Positions 23,346 to 37,970 of a stretch of 64,000 nucleotides of DNA are shown here, piece by piece. The first letter of the stretch is position 1, and the number at the start of each line of letters is the position of its first letter. The notes under the pieces were generated by a model, which saw only the letters and a list, made by a program, of their open reading frames with translations, was not told where the DNA came from and did not search any database. The DNA comes from Octopus vulgaris (taxonomy: Eukaryota), in assembly GCA_951406725.2 (NCBI GenBank), contig OX597831.1:75578001-75642000 (forward strand), in the 5' to 3' direction. A program made the translations under genes and the position numbers.

Positions 23346-25964
23346 TATATTTTTCACTAAAACCATTTTTTTTAGTCTTTTATTTCAAATCGACAATTTT
23401 TTAACAGTCGACACCTTACAGTTTCTACGTCTAATATCCAAAACATCTGAAAAGACGATCGTCTGTAACTGTCCGTCTTTCTTCAGTTTCCAGTTTGAAT
23501 GGTCATCTAATATTCATGAATTGTATTCTTGAATTATTTTATCTTTCACTCAATAATCAGGTGGAGGGGGAATGATAAAAAATGAAAGGAAATATTAACA
23601 TGAATAATTTTAAAACAACAAATCTTTATTGAATGTAAAGTACAATGACAGATTGCAACTGGAAGATGCAGACGATATCATGATTTATTTAAATGTGTCT
23701 CTTCTGATATTTGTTTTTATGTAGTGGAGTCATTGTTGAAAATTGGTTTACTCGCTCGCATTTATAATTCAATAAGATCATGATGGTCCAGCCTATATTA
23801 TAGTACACTTGATGTTACGTGACTGTTAACATATATAATGGTGGAGGACATGGGAAAATATTTAGAAATAGTTATGCAGGGATCTAACAAAAACATTAAT
23901 ATAACTTTCTTTCGGTATACATGGGAGATAACACCAAATATGTTTCGATATTATGACCTCGTCAGCGGAGTATATCGTTTGCTGTTCATATTTACAATGA
24001 AGTGATATTTGAACTACTAGTGGTAAGAAACTCTCAAGAGAGCTGAACAGCATAAGGCTTTCAGAGATTGTATACTGTTAAAGGTTTGGTTGTAATGTTT
24101 TAGTCATCGAAAAAAGAAAAAAAGAAACATGTGTACTTAAATGCAGGTCAGTCTTGATTGGAGCAGATCTCTAGCGAGATCCACTGTCCTCTTTTACATT
24201 TCTCCCTAGTGGTGGATTATACTACACTGTTTTAAATGCCGTGGTTTATCCCTGAAGTGTAGTGTGTCAGGGTATTTTTTATCTGACCAGTAAATTCTGG
24301 TGCAGACAACAACAAAGGGAGGTGATGGTGGTAAGACGGACACGGTTAGAGTGTGGCAGTTGCTGCCTCTCTAAGTTATCATTGGTACTGTGAATCTTGG
24401 TGCATTATTTAGAGTTTATGAGGTAATTGATGTTTTAGCTATTTTTGTGTGTGTGTATCTGTTTAATATTTGACTGGCCTTGGTAAAAAACAGTGTTGTG
24501 AGTGAGGATGGTATCGCAGCAGTGTTGTAGGGTGTTGTACATATATCTGGATGAGGTGGGGAGAAAATAAAGTATTTAGAATGGTGTTTATGCAACGTTT
24601 GGGGAATGAAGGTATGTCATAAGTGAATGGGGAAAATAGAGTTGTTAGAATGGTGTGGAAAGAGTATCCAGAAGTGTGTCGATGCATCTGGATTGAGTGG
24701 GAGAAATGGTGTTGTTTCGATGGTGTTGCAGAGTTGTGGATCCATATGTGTCTGGACTGAGAAGTATAAGCAATGTTCTTTGGATAATGTTGCAGACTGC
24801 TTTCGCGAAGATGAATTGGTCCTCATTGTCATCCTGGTCTTGGATGTAAGATGAAAATGGATTAGGCTAATCTCTTGCGTTGTAAATAGGAACATAACTC
24901 GCGAACATTCTATAGTATATTTATTAAAGGAATAGCCGTTCATATGTGTACATGGATTTTCACTATAGAGAGTATCTGATATCGGGATCGACTTTTATAG
25001 TGTCTAAATTCTACAGCAGGCATACTCAAGGAACTGGAATGAGTTGATCTTGTATAAGAAGTTTAAACGAAACTACTCTCCGTTCTGGTTTCATTTAGGC
25101 AAGAGATGTGCATTCTGCGCATGTCCTCAACACACTGCCTGTTAGATCTTCGTGGGCTCAACTTTTCACAAGAAAAAAAGCGCGCGAGACTCAAGGACAT
25201 TCACTTTGCTACAAACCCCTGGTGTGATCTTCTGCAAGCCCCGATTTGCTGATAAATAGCATGGGCAAGTGAAACATGCGTGGCTCAGTCGTCGGCTGGC
25301 CTGATAATCCAGAGAAAGGGGCTCGAAGCTTCGGTCTCGCTACACTGCTTTGGGCTTTTGTAGATGTGTCTGGACTAAGTTGGAGAGATATTTTTCTAAC
25401 AATGGTATTGTAGCAGTGGTCTCAGTGGACAGTGTTGTTATGATGGTGCTGTGATAGTGTTCTGGAGTGTTGCAATAGTGTTTTGAGATTTTGTTGTTGT
25501 ACCCGGGCTGAGTGGAAGAAATAATGTTGCTTGCGGGGTGCTGCAGATGAAACAGGATTTATTAGGGGGTAATATGGTGTTCTAGCGCTGTTTCGTGAGG
25601 TGTTGCAGTTTTACTGGGGTTAAGCAGGAGGGGCAATTTTCTAAGAATGGTGTTACAGTAATGTTCTGGGAGATGTCGTAGATGTAACTGGAAATTTTAG
25701 AAGTGCATAAATATAATAGGGGTTAAATGGACTGCAGTTTGCTCCTACAATACATTGCACTCTTTTCATGTACTGGTCGACATTTATTGAAAGATTTTTT
25801 TCTTTTTGTTTCATGAGTGGTCTATGGTAATGGTTTCCATTTGTTTGTTTGTTTTGTTTTTTTGCGCCAAGGACCGGTTTCATGCGAGTCAATTTTTCCA
25901 TGTACCAGGCAATCACGCACGTAACAAAACGCAGTAAAATGCATAAAATATAATTGAACTATTG

Positions 25965-26360
25965 ATTTCAAATTTGGGCACAAAGTCAGCAACTTCGGGG
26001 GAGGGAGAAAGTCGATTACATCGACCCCAGTGTTCAACTGGCATTTATTTTATGGACCCCGAAAGGATAAGCGGCAAAGTCGACCTCAGCGGAATTTGAA
26101 CTCAGAACGTAACGGCAGACGAAATACCTATTTCTTTACTACCCACAAGGGGCTAAACACAGAGAGGACAAACAAGGACAGACAAACGGATTAAGTCGAT
26201 TATAATGACACCAGTACGTAACTGGTACTTTATTTATCGACCCCGAAAGGATGAAAGGCAAAGTCGACCTCGCCGGAATTTGAACTCAGAACGTAACAGC
26301 AGACGAAATACGGATACGCATTTCGCCCGGTGTGCTAACGTTTCTGCCAGCACGCCGCTC
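25965..26360 (-). mobile_element. SINE family B, two-unit copy
   Basis: CCCCGAAAGGATGAAAGGCAAAGTCGACCTC..GGAATTTGAACTCAGAACG-type core occurs twice. Confidence 0.85.
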
Positions 26361-26475
26361 TTAAACTATATATTAGTACAGTTATAGCTCTCTTTAATTA
26401 GGTTTCTGGGTGCTGATTGAACGGGTAGATGAGTGTATATACACACATACATTTCGGATATATGATCCACTGACG

Positions 26476-26533
<58 letters not shown>

Positions 26534-26569
26534 CCCTATTTACATACATACACACACAAGTATATATAT

Positions 26570-26634
<65 letters not shown>

Positions 26635-27904
26635 TTGTAGTTGATGTCGTGGTTCTCTCTGACTGTGACTGGTTTAAAAGATGGTTTTAACAGGCAGAAA
26701 ACGAACACCGCCCTACTAAAAGGAATTCTCTGAAGATTTAGTGAAATCTGAGACGAATCTCTGTGGTAAAAGCCATTTAATAAATTTCTTTAAGTGTCTC
26801 TCTTTGCTTCCTTCTCGCGTCTTCTTACTCCCCTTCCTCCTACTTCCCTCTTTCTTCTCACCTCCTCTCCTCCTCCTGCTCCTGTCGTCTGCCTTGTACT
26901 TACTCGGGTTTCGATGACTATCAGCTAGGAACAAGATTATTTAGCACCCAAAACTACAATGTCCTCCATTCTTATAATGTTTCTTTAAGAGCGGTGCTGA
27001 GTTGGCAAAAATAAACAAATAAAAAGTGAAAATTAAAATATAGAAAAAAAATAATGAACAACATGCGTGGCTAAGAAGTAAAGAAGTTGGCTTCCTTGCT
27101 TCATTACCATCCGCTTGGTTTCAGGTTCAGTTCCACAGCGCGGAACCTTCGGCAAGTGTCTTCTACTGCTGCCTCGGGCTGATTAAAGCCTTGTGAGTGG
27201 ATTTGGTGGAAGAAAACTGGAAGAATACCAGTCAAAGTCCCAGGAATTTTTTGAAAGGAGGGCTCAAGATCAGAAGGGAATACAATTCATTTTTTAGAAG
27301 GGTGCACTTCTATTCTTGAGGAGAGCACGTGTCTCTTAGGCTCCACCCCTTGTGTTCTCCCCTGATGTGTGTGTGTGTATGTGCATGTGCGTGTGTGTAG
27401 CTGTGTTTATCTCCTGCCATTGCTTGAGAACCGGTGTTGGTTTGCTAACGTTTCCATAACTTAATGGTTCAGCAAAAAAAGTAAGTACTCCTTCAAGTCG
27501 GAGCTCCAGTATAGTCGCAGTCCAAGGAGTGAAACAAAAAAAAAAGATACAAAATAAAACATACTACACAGCGCCCCTCCCCCTAGACTCTATGGCACTT
27601 CAAAGTCTCCTCCCGGCCGCAGCTCCACCAGTTTTGTGCCACTTGTGCCACGCGACTCAAGTGTTTTCACTCTTGACGAATCAGCAACAGTTTAACACTT
27701 GACTCTAAGCCATAATTTCCGGTTTTTCCCTTCGCAACCCTCGCACTCGACAGGCAGAAGCTCAAAGTCCAAAGTCCCGCAAGTAATTTACGAGTAGATG
27801 CGCCGCAGTGGTTCAACCAATAAACAAAATAAAATTAAAAAATATATATATAAATAAAACTATTGGTTTACAACAGTTTAACCGGGATATTAATGACTTT
27901 AAAC

Positions 27905-27906
<2 letters not shown>

Positions 27907-27980
<74 letters not shown>

Positions 27981-27993
27981 GTCTATCTATCTA

Positions 27994-28084
<91 letters not shown>

Positions 28085-28109
28085 GTCTGTCTGTCTGTCT
28101 TTCTGTCTG

Positions 28110-28164
<55 letters not shown>

Positions 28165-28198
28165 GTCTGTCTGTCTGTATGTGTGCATGTATACATAC

Positions 28199-28267
<69 letters not shown>

Positions 28268-28268
28268 C
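27907..28268. repeat. Compound (CTAT)/(CTGT)/(TA) microsatellite
   Basis: Direct reading. Confidence 0.95.
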
Positions 28269-28634
28269 AAATAAGAAAATGGAGGAACAGATTCCTTTCA
28301 ATCATCGACTTACAGATATTACCAATTCATATTATTTATTAACTACTTAAATAGGAACATCCAAAGCCAACAGAATAAAACAGAATAAAACAATATACAT
28401 CAATAAGTAAGATAATATCATAAAAATAATACATATAAAATGGATCTTACAGTTGTTTCAGCCTGTAGATAAGGGTATCTCATTATACCCATATTAGTCA
28501 GATGTATTGAGGTAATATGCAATTAAAAATGAGTTACTTATACATATATCTCAAGGCCTCGTCAGAGATTATAAAGTACAATTATAAAAATATAAAATGC
28601 AAATATAAATATGAAACAAAATACATATACACAA

Positions 28635-28685
<51 letters not shown>

Positions 28686-28847
28686 TGTATATACATATAT
28701 ATATACATATATATAAGTATATATATAATAATATACATACACATAAGGTTACAGATGATTAAATATATATACCGGAGTATATATATACATCCACATCAAT
28801 GGGTACATATACAAAGTCCAAAGTTCATTATATTAAATTACCAAAAC

Positions 28848-28929
<82 letters not shown>

Positions 28930-31589
28930 ATTATTAATAATACCAATAAAGGAATATGTGCATTCTGCTATTCACAATACATAGTAGATGGAAAATACCA
29001 CATAAAATATAGTATAATATAAAATAATATAATATGATATAATATAATATAATATAATATAATATATTGTATATCACTTATATATAATATAGTATAACAT
29101 AATATATAGACAGATGCCTATGAAAGATGCAAGAACATTAATTCAACAAATAATGTAACAAATAATGTGATTATATTCATATATCATACAGTCAAAATCG
29201 AAACTTCAGTCTTATTCTGCATACATATATATACACACAGGTAACAAATACAAGTATATGCACATACATACATGCGTAAAAACATCAACTAATACTAATA
29301 CATATACAAATATAAAGAGATTTTACCCTTTACATCATACAAAAGATATTTGCATGTACATAGGTAGAGTTCACAGATCAAGAGGTAAGAGATAGGCCGT
29401 AACGGGCTATGCTTACGTTGTTATTCATATATAGTATTACAGTGGTTAAAATCTTCTGGGGGTAGGGGAGAGATTATTTACAATCTCAAGCTAAATCCAA
29501 TTAGTTGACACATTTGGATTTCATTGTCTTAGATACGGATGGTTGGTTAAAATATACATACGTACATACATACATATATGCACACATACTCACGTACACA
29601 TAGATATGCATATGCACATAAATACACGCTTCCATTTGTAAACTACGATAAGAATAACACTGGTCAACAAAGAATTTGTTCCAAGAAAAAGAATACCTGT
29701 ATCTTATATGTTTTTGCATACAGAAATCAAAAATAATGTCGAGTTATCTGTACCAAGTTCTCACATTCCATTCACCTTCATAATGCCAAGAAACTGTATA
29801 AACATCGCAAACATCTTTCGCTATATATGAAAAATATGTAAAATATTAAGACAATTGACGAAAAATATCTGTAATAAAATTCTAATTGATAAATATAAAG
29901 TTTTATTGAAACAAAACACGCGGGTGAAGTAAATCTCGAAGGTGTGAAGAATCAGCACCACATGTGGGTGAAACACAACACAACGTGCGGTTGTCATGGT
30001 AACAAGCTGCTAATGCATCGCTGTCTGTTGATTGGCTAAAATTACCTAAATTTCCCAACTTTAATTACAAATAACGTCAGTTTCTTTAATTTACGAGATT
30101 AAATAATTGGTTGATCGTAATCAAAAATCAGAGTGGTATCGATACTCCAAAATTGAAAGCAATCTGAGCAAAATTACAGGAGGGCTCATTTTGCAAATGA
30201 GAAAGACTAGATCCCTTAGCGGTTCAGCAAAAGAGACCGATAGAATAAGTACTAGGCTTGCAAAGATTAGTTCAACTAAAGGCGGTGCTCCAGCATGGCC
30301 TCAGTCAAATGACTGAAGCAAATAAAAGAATGAGAAAGACTAGATCCGCTACTGAAACTATTGAGTATATAAAAAAGATTGGCTGCTGGTTTCTCAGGGA
30401 TCGATCAAATTGATGTAGACTCCTCCTCCGATAAGAATCCAGTAAGGTTTGAAAATCGATTAAGGTTGTTCGTTATTTTCTCGTACGGAAAAATGGCAAA
30501 ATTAACCCTGTTTACAAATCTACAATATGTAGTTTGTATATATATTTGTAGCGGGCTGAATGTGAAATGCCATATCAGGTCGAAATGATGTAGCCGACAA
30601 CGAAATGTGGCGTGAAGATGTAACGCTTGAAGGTTCTCATATCAGAACAACCAGTGAACAACGAAGAATCAACACCAAGAAGGAATAAATATTATTTACA
30701 TATATTTATTCGTTTGCCCGACAGGTATTTAAAGAGACAGTAGCAGTTCTAGTGATAGTGGCAGCAAGGTTGGCTCGCTGGTTAGTAGTTGACAGTGTAG
30801 AAAAAGATTGTCTGTCAGTAGAGTGTGAAAGAGTAAGGAATGCACGGTCCTGACTAGAAAGGAAGAAAGGATAAATGTGGCATCGTCTTTCTTGCAGCCG
30901 AGGAAAGTGCTGCACTTGGTCATCGCTGACGCAAAAGATGGTGTTGCTCGGTGGTCTGGCTGACGCAAAAGAGGAAGAGATTGGAAATGCTCTCTGTTAT
31001 ATAGACTATGGTCAGTAATGTAGGTCAAACCCTAAACAAAGGACTGACCTTTCCTTGACCAGCATAGGTCTTAGGGGATCGAGTGTTTCCTCATCAATCA
31101 TCTGCTGTGGAGAGGATTTCCCGCTTCTTTTGACAAGCAACAAGCGGGTAGATTTGGTTTCAAATCTCAGACAGAGCGAAGGAGGTCCCTATATATATAT
31201 ATATATATTGGTACGTTTCGTACTGGAAGTCAGCGTTGGATACTCCAAAGTCATTTGGATGACTAACTGTAAGAGATCATCTGGGGATGACTTCATTGCA
31301 TTTTGTTGAATATCCCAAAGTTTTTCCCTAATTATCCATTGCAGTTAGGCATCCAAATTCACTTGGAACATCAAATGCCGAGTTTCATATAACTGCAATG
31401 GCGAAACGTGCGTAGGAACCAATAATTTATACTTGTGTTTATCTTAATTTTCCACTACATACGCTCCGTATATCATAACTAGTAACACCGCCAAGTACAG
31501 TGGTCGACTAAACCGCTATACTGAAAGATAACTGGATAATGATAATCAAGGTGGAGCTCTAACTCGTACAGTAGGAGACGTACATTTTA

Positions 31590-32811
31590 CAGGGTGATTC
31601 TTATGCCTCCTTTTTTTCAGGGACCGCTTGATGAATCGGTAAACAGTCAACGGTGCTGGAGTGCGTAAAGATTACAGTTGTTGTCGAAGAAAAGTTAGCT
31701 GACATGGAGCATTGGAGACCATCTGAATATTGGAGAATAATGGAGAAGAGCTATCTGTATCATGATGAGTCATGCTGAGTATCAAAATGCCGACATCATG
31801 ACTGCTGTTTGTTTGTTTGTTTGTTGAGCGAAGCGGTCTTCGTCCCAGAGCTCACAAGATCGCGCCTCAGGATTGCCTGTAGTGGGAGAAGTCCGAAACG
31901 TGGTCCTTTGCTATTCGTAAGACCCGCAGAAGAGAAAGCAGGTCAACCCCCGACACCGAGAGCATCGACGGATGGATGAATGCGCATCCAGGCTCATCGG
32001 TTGCGTAGGAAGTCGGGGACAAGAAACAGGAAGAAAGAGTGAGAGAAAGTTGGAGCGAAAGAGTACAACAGGGGTCGCCACCACTACCTGCCGGAGCCTC
32101 GTGTAGCTTTAGGTGTTTTCGCTCAATAAACACACACAACGCTCGGTCTGGGAATCGAAACCGCGATCCTCCGACCGCGAGTCCGCTGCCCTAACCATTG
32201 GGCCATTGCGCCTCCTCATGACTGCTGTTCAATGCTTTGTGAACACTGCAAAGGCCGCAAGACGTAACATGGACAGCTGCAACGGAGACTACGAAGCTGT
32301 GGTCAGCTGGTGTTCTGACTGCGTCCTCACGCCGGAATTCATTCAACAACTGATGAACAGGGCCTCAGACTCAATTAAGATGGCCCTTGAAGCTGCGGAG
32401 GCTGTGATCAATCCATGGCTTGAGAGGGTTGTTGATGGAAGGCCATAATTGTGGCAGCAGGGTTCGGTTCCTTGCTATACCTCCGGACAGAGAAGTGGTT
32501 GTCGGAGAATTTCTACCGCTTCACTAGCCCCAATTTTCAGCATCTTAATTCCCTTAATTGTAACCCCATGGATTATTATGAGCGGGGTGCAATCGAGAAA
32601 GATAATATTTGCTCTGTCTGTGGCTCCAAGACTGAGCTGGTGGCCAAGATCAAGGAGGTGTTGGAAGATCTTCCAAAGGGCACAGTCAGGAACGCATGCG
32701 CCTAAGTCCGGAACCGTCTTCGGGCCTTAGGGGAAACTGAAGGCGACTATTTTGAGTAAACCGTTTTCGTTTCCTTTTATGCAAACTGTCAAATTTAGCC
32801 CGAACACCTTG
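31590..32811 (+). mobile_element. Internally deleted Tc1/mariner-superfamily element (maT/DD37D-like)
   Basis: TA|CAGGGTG ... CACCTTG|TA termini; peptides PWLERVVDGRP*LWQQGSVPCYTS, NCNPMDYY..GAIEKD, ELVAKIKEVLEDLPKGTVRNAC; interrupted by a SINE. Confidence 0.7.
31810..32215 (-). mobile_element. tRNA-derived SINE with family C head, different 3' body and (AAAC)n tail
   Basis: Same head as 6643-7028; 14-bp TSD TCATGACTGCTGTT at 31796-31809 and 32216-32229. Confidence 0.9.
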
Positions 32812-32826
32812 TAACTGTACGCACAA

Positions 32827-32888
<62 letters not shown>

Positions 32889-33229
32889 CACACACATACA
32901 CACACACACGCACACTGACGCACACGCGCGCGATGTGATGTGATGTGATGATTCCTAACGCAGGTATGAATTACTTTCAAGTATGACACAGAAAGGCGGA
33001 AATAAGAAAAGTCATTAATGTTCGACGGTCACACTTCCGGTTAGCGATTAGTAATCCTCGTCCGAAAGTGGGACATTACTAATAATGAGCAGTCCACCTC
33101 CCAGCAACAAACAATAACGAACTGACCCCTCCCATCAACCTTACATCTAATGACCCTTGATGGGGGGGGGGGGGGCATGAGAAGACAAATCATAAATAAT
33201 CGCTTCATATGAATTATAATGGACAATAG

Positions 33230-33458
33230 TCGTGTGGTAAGAAGTTTGTTTCCCAGGCAATTGGTTTCGAGTTCAGTACCTCTGCGTGGCACCTCGGGTA
33301 AGTGTTTTTTTTTTGTTATAACCCTGGGTCGACCAATGCCTTGTGAAATGATTTGGTAGACGGAAACGGAAGGAAACTCGTCTCATACACACACATATAT
33401 ACATATATGTATGCATGCATGTATGTATGCATGTTTGTATGCATGCGGGTATATATGC

Positions 33459-33491
<33 letters not shown>

Positions 33492-33680
33492 GAACCCAGC
33501 GCTTGACAGCTGATGTTGGTTTGTTTACGTCACCGTGATCTAGCGGTTTGACAAAAGAGGACTGACAGAATAAATGCTAGACTTAATACAAATACTGGAG
33601 GCAATTTATTTCACACATAACCTTCAGGGCGGTGCCCCAGCATGGCCGCAGTCCAATAACTGAAACAAATAAAAGATAAA
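33230..33680 (+). mobile_element. SINE family A, diverged
   Basis: Head GTGTGGTAAGAAGTTTG..., tail GGCGGTGCCCCAGCATGGCCGCAGTCC. Confidence 0.75.
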
Positions 33681-33819
33681 AAAAACTGCATGAGATCCAG
33701 CAGATCTTTGATGAAAAGCCTGCCATTTGCGACCACCCCTTCATTTATTTTTCAGTTAGTGTATGTAATACCTTTCGAGAACCTTTGAAATATCCACGAA
33801 GAAAAAAAACCCCAAATAA

Positions 33820-34227
33820 CTGGCTGTGTAGTAAGAAGTTTGCTTCCCAACCACATGGTTCCGGGTTCAGTCCCACCTCGTGGCACCGTCGGCAAGTGTC
33901 TTCTAATATAGCCACGGGACGACCAAAATCTTGTGAATGGATTTGGTAGACGGAAACTGAAAGAAGCCCGTCGTATATGTATATATATAAATGTATGTGA
34001 CCGCGTGTGTACCGTTGGCGATTTTTCCCCCCGTCTTCCCTTCCTTGGATTTTTCCTTTTCCTATGTTTCTGACGAAGAGCTCCGCTCGAAACGTTAAAT
34101 CCTCCTCCTTTCTTTCCTTCCCTGAGCGTCCAATAACACTATACTTGTTCCACGTCCTCGCATTGTTGTGTTTTCTCTTGGTGTTTTCATGTTTGGATTA
34201 TCTATCTATCTATCTATCTATCTATCA

Positions 34228-34270
<43 letters not shown>

Positions 34271-34271
34271 A

Positions 34272-34368
<97 letters not shown>

Positions 34369-34660
34369 ATGTATGTATGTATGTATGTATGTATGTATGT
34401 ATGTATGTATGTATGTATGTACATATATATGTATGTATATATGTGTGTGTTTGTTGTGTCTTCGTGTCTGAGTACGTACCCCCCCCCCACCATCGCTTGA
34501 CAACAGATGTTGCTGTGTTTACGTCCTCGAAACTTAGCGGTTCGGCAAAAGAGACCGATAGGATAAGTACTAGGCTTACAAAGAATAAGTCCTGGGGTCG
34601 ACTAAAGGCGGTGCTCCGGCATGGCCGCGGTCAAATGACGGAAACGTGTAAAAGAGTAAA
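33820..34660 (+). mobile_element. SINE family A with a nested family D element
   Basis: Family A halves flank 34005-34200 and expanded microsatellites. Confidence 0.85.
34066..34100 (+). ncRNA. Minimal type I hammerhead ribozyme-like motif (canonical CUGANGA core)
   Basis: GTTT-CTGACGA-A-GAGCtccGCTC-GAAAC-GTT-AAAT, within family D copy 2 (34005-34200). Confidence 0.65.
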
Positions 34661-35262
34661 ATAGTAAGCAAACAAACATAAAAAAAAAACACTCCAGGTA
34701 GATATCATTTGTTGATGTGATGAGAAGTTAAAACCTTCGAGAAAACGTGAAATATTTTTTTTTTCCTTTTCGGAACGATGAAACTCGAAGTAGACGAAGT
34801 TATAAATTATAACGTGTAAATATGGGGCTAAAAAGGCCTTTGGATAGGAAATATCCAAGGCTGTTTGCGAGACTCGAACCCATTATTTATACGCAGTTGT
34901 TTATAGCTTTAGCTGCTTCGAGATTAACTGTTTTAAAAATGAATTATTCATATTTGTTTCTTTTTGTTATATTTTAGCTTTTCTTTTTTATTTGTTGGGT
35001 CTGGAAGAATGGTCAGAACCCATGACCCTTGGTCCTTTTTTATAGGCCCTCCGAGATCGGTGAGATTAATGTCATTAATATTCTGTTTAAACAGCTGCAA
35101 AAAAAAAAAAAAAAGACGTGAATACAGAGATGGTTCCAGGGGAGCGATGTGTTGTGAGCTGGGGGAGAAAGGATTGGGCTTGGTGAGTGGGATGAAAGGG
35201 GCTTGAATGCGACAACGATGACGAAATGTGGAGAGAGAAACGAATGGGTCCATCATGTCTTT

Positions 35263-35311
<49 letters not shown>

Positions 35312-35489
35312 TAGCACGAGGTTCATATAGATCAAGTGAAGTAGTGGGATTCATTCCAGTCCCAGGAAGTATTATTCATGACTTTTATAAAGAGAGGAAA
35401 TTGAAATCGTTACGGGGATTAATGCTGCCGGTCAAAAGTTGACGTCTCGCGCTTTCCAGCTCATTAATATGTGTAATAATCAGAATTTT

Positions 35490-36320
35490 TTTTACTTGCT
35501 TCAGTCACTAGACAGCGGCCATGCTGGGGCTCCGCCTTGATTTTTTTTTTTTTTAGTCGAATGAATCAATCCCAGAACTTTTTAAAACCTGTTTCTTATT
35601 CTATCGGTCTTTTTTTTACCGAATCGCTAAATTATCAGGACATAAACACACCAGCACCGGTTGTCAAGCGGTGGCGGGAGGACTAACAGACACAATGACG
35701 CACTCACACACACAAACACACACACATGCATAGACGGGCTTCTATCAGTTTCCGTCTACCAAATCCATTCAAAAGACTTTGGTCGGTCCGAGGCTATAGT
35801 AGAAGACACTTGCCCAAGGTGCCACGCAGTGGGACTGAACCTGGAACCATGTGGTTGGGAATGTAAAATGACTATATTTTATAATTACAATCATAATAGG
35901 CGCAGGAGTGGCTGTGTGGTAAGTAGTTTGCTTACCAACCACATGGTTCCGGGTTCAGTCCCACTGCATGGCACCTTCTACAATAGCCTCGGGCCAACCA
36001 AAGCCTTGTGAGAGGATCTGGTGGACGGAAACTGAATGAAGCCCGTCGTATATATATATACATATGTGTGTGTGTGTGTGTGTGTGTGTGCGGGCGCGCG
36101 CGCATGTGTTTGTGTGTCTCTATTTGTCCCGGCACCATCACTTTACAACCGATGTTGGTGTGTTTATATCTCCGTCACCTAGCGGCTCGGCAAAAGTGAC
36201 CGATTGAATAAGTACTGGGCTTACAATGAATAAGTCCTGGGGGGCGATTTGTTCGACTAAAGGTGGTGCTCCAGCATGGCCGCAGTCAAATGACTGAAAC
36301 AAGTAAAAGAATAAAAGAAT
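35490..36320. mobile_element. Divergent pair of family A SINEs (35490-35860 minus; 35899-36320 plus)
   Basis: Consensus match on opposite strands. Confidence 0.85.
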
Positions 36321-37034
36321 AATTTATAATCGTGATGTATATTTGTCACCTAAATGTGGCGGTCCCATAGAGAACGTTGCTACTGTTGTTTATAGCCCCA
36401 GGAAGACATCTCCTCCAGCTGGCTAACGACACACTGTCTGTGTCCGATTACCAGGACACAAACACACCAACACCGGTTGTCAAGCGGTGACGGTGGGACT
36501 AACAGACACAATAACACACACACACACATATATATATAGATGGGCTTCTTTCAGTTTCCGTCTACCAAATCCACTCACTTTATCTTTCTTCTCACACATG
36601 CTTACTGACACATACAGAAACCCGGGTCTGTGTGTATCACGCAGGGCTAGAGATGGGAACGATGATTTCCCTTCGCAAATACTAATCGGACACAGACAGT
36701 GTGTCGTTAGCCAGCTGGGGGAGATGTCTTCCTGGGGCTATAAACAACAGTGGCATCGTCCCCTATGGGACCGCCACATTTATGTGGCAAATATACTTCA
36801 CGATTCCGTGCTGCTACTGTTTACGTCTCGCTCAGAGATTTATTATGAATAATTATAATGTTAATAAGCTACAAGTCTTTACATGAGTATACACGCTTAC
36901 ACGCATACACACACACATTGACTTACGCGCAGACGCACGTACACACACGCAGACATACAAAGACGGACATGTTTATGCAACGCATTGCCCCCTCACCCTC
37001 TACACACATACCTGCCTGTATATAGACGCATTCA

Positions 37035-37072
<38 letters not shown>

Positions 37073-37222
37073 CACACACACACACACACTGATATGCACG
37101 TACTTATACATACATAGACACGCACGCAGACACACATACGCACACTCACAAACAAGTACATGAACATATATAAACCTGGACACAGCCACCACTCCACGTA
37201 GACATGTGCACACATAGTCACA

Positions 37223-37253
<31 letters not shown>

Positions 37254-37575
37254 GCGCACACAATCACTTGACCTACAGAAATGGAATTTGTCCAAGATAA
37301 ATTTCCAAAACGATGCGAAACAACAAGATAAGTGATATCACAAGAGAGATAACAGATAAAGCACTTAATTGACTATCAAACATTATTGATATGTCGTTTA
37401 GCCCATGGCAACCCGGATATAACAGATCTTTGAACTAAACCGTTCAAGCAATGAGCAATGCGTACCTCATGTGTTGCTCTGTTTTTTGGGAATCCAGGAC
37501 TACATTATTCAATCTGTCGCTATCAATTAGAAATTTATATATTTGATTTATTTTATATTACAATTAATCAACAAT

Positions 37576-37741
37576 AGGCACAGGAGTGGCTGTGTGGTAC
37601 GTAGCTTGCTTACCAGCCACATGGTTCTAGGTTCAGTCCCACTGCGTGGTACCTTGGGCAAGTGTCTTCTACTATAGCCTCGGGCCGACCAAAGCCTTGT
37701 GAGTGGATTTGTTAGGCGGAAACTGAAAGAAGCACGTCGTA

Positions 37742-37797
<56 letters not shown>

Positions 37798-37970
37798 CGT
37801 GTATGTTTGTGTGTCTGTGTTTGTCCCTCTAGCGGTTCGGCAAAAGAGACCGATAGAATAAGTACTGGGCTTACAAAGAATAAGTCCCGGGGTCGATTTG
37901 CTCGACTAAGATGCAGTGCTCCAGCATGGCCGCAGTCAAATGACTGAAACAAGTAAAAGAGTAAGAGAGT
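37576..37970 (+). mobile_element. SINE family A
   Basis: Consensus match. Confidence 0.88.
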
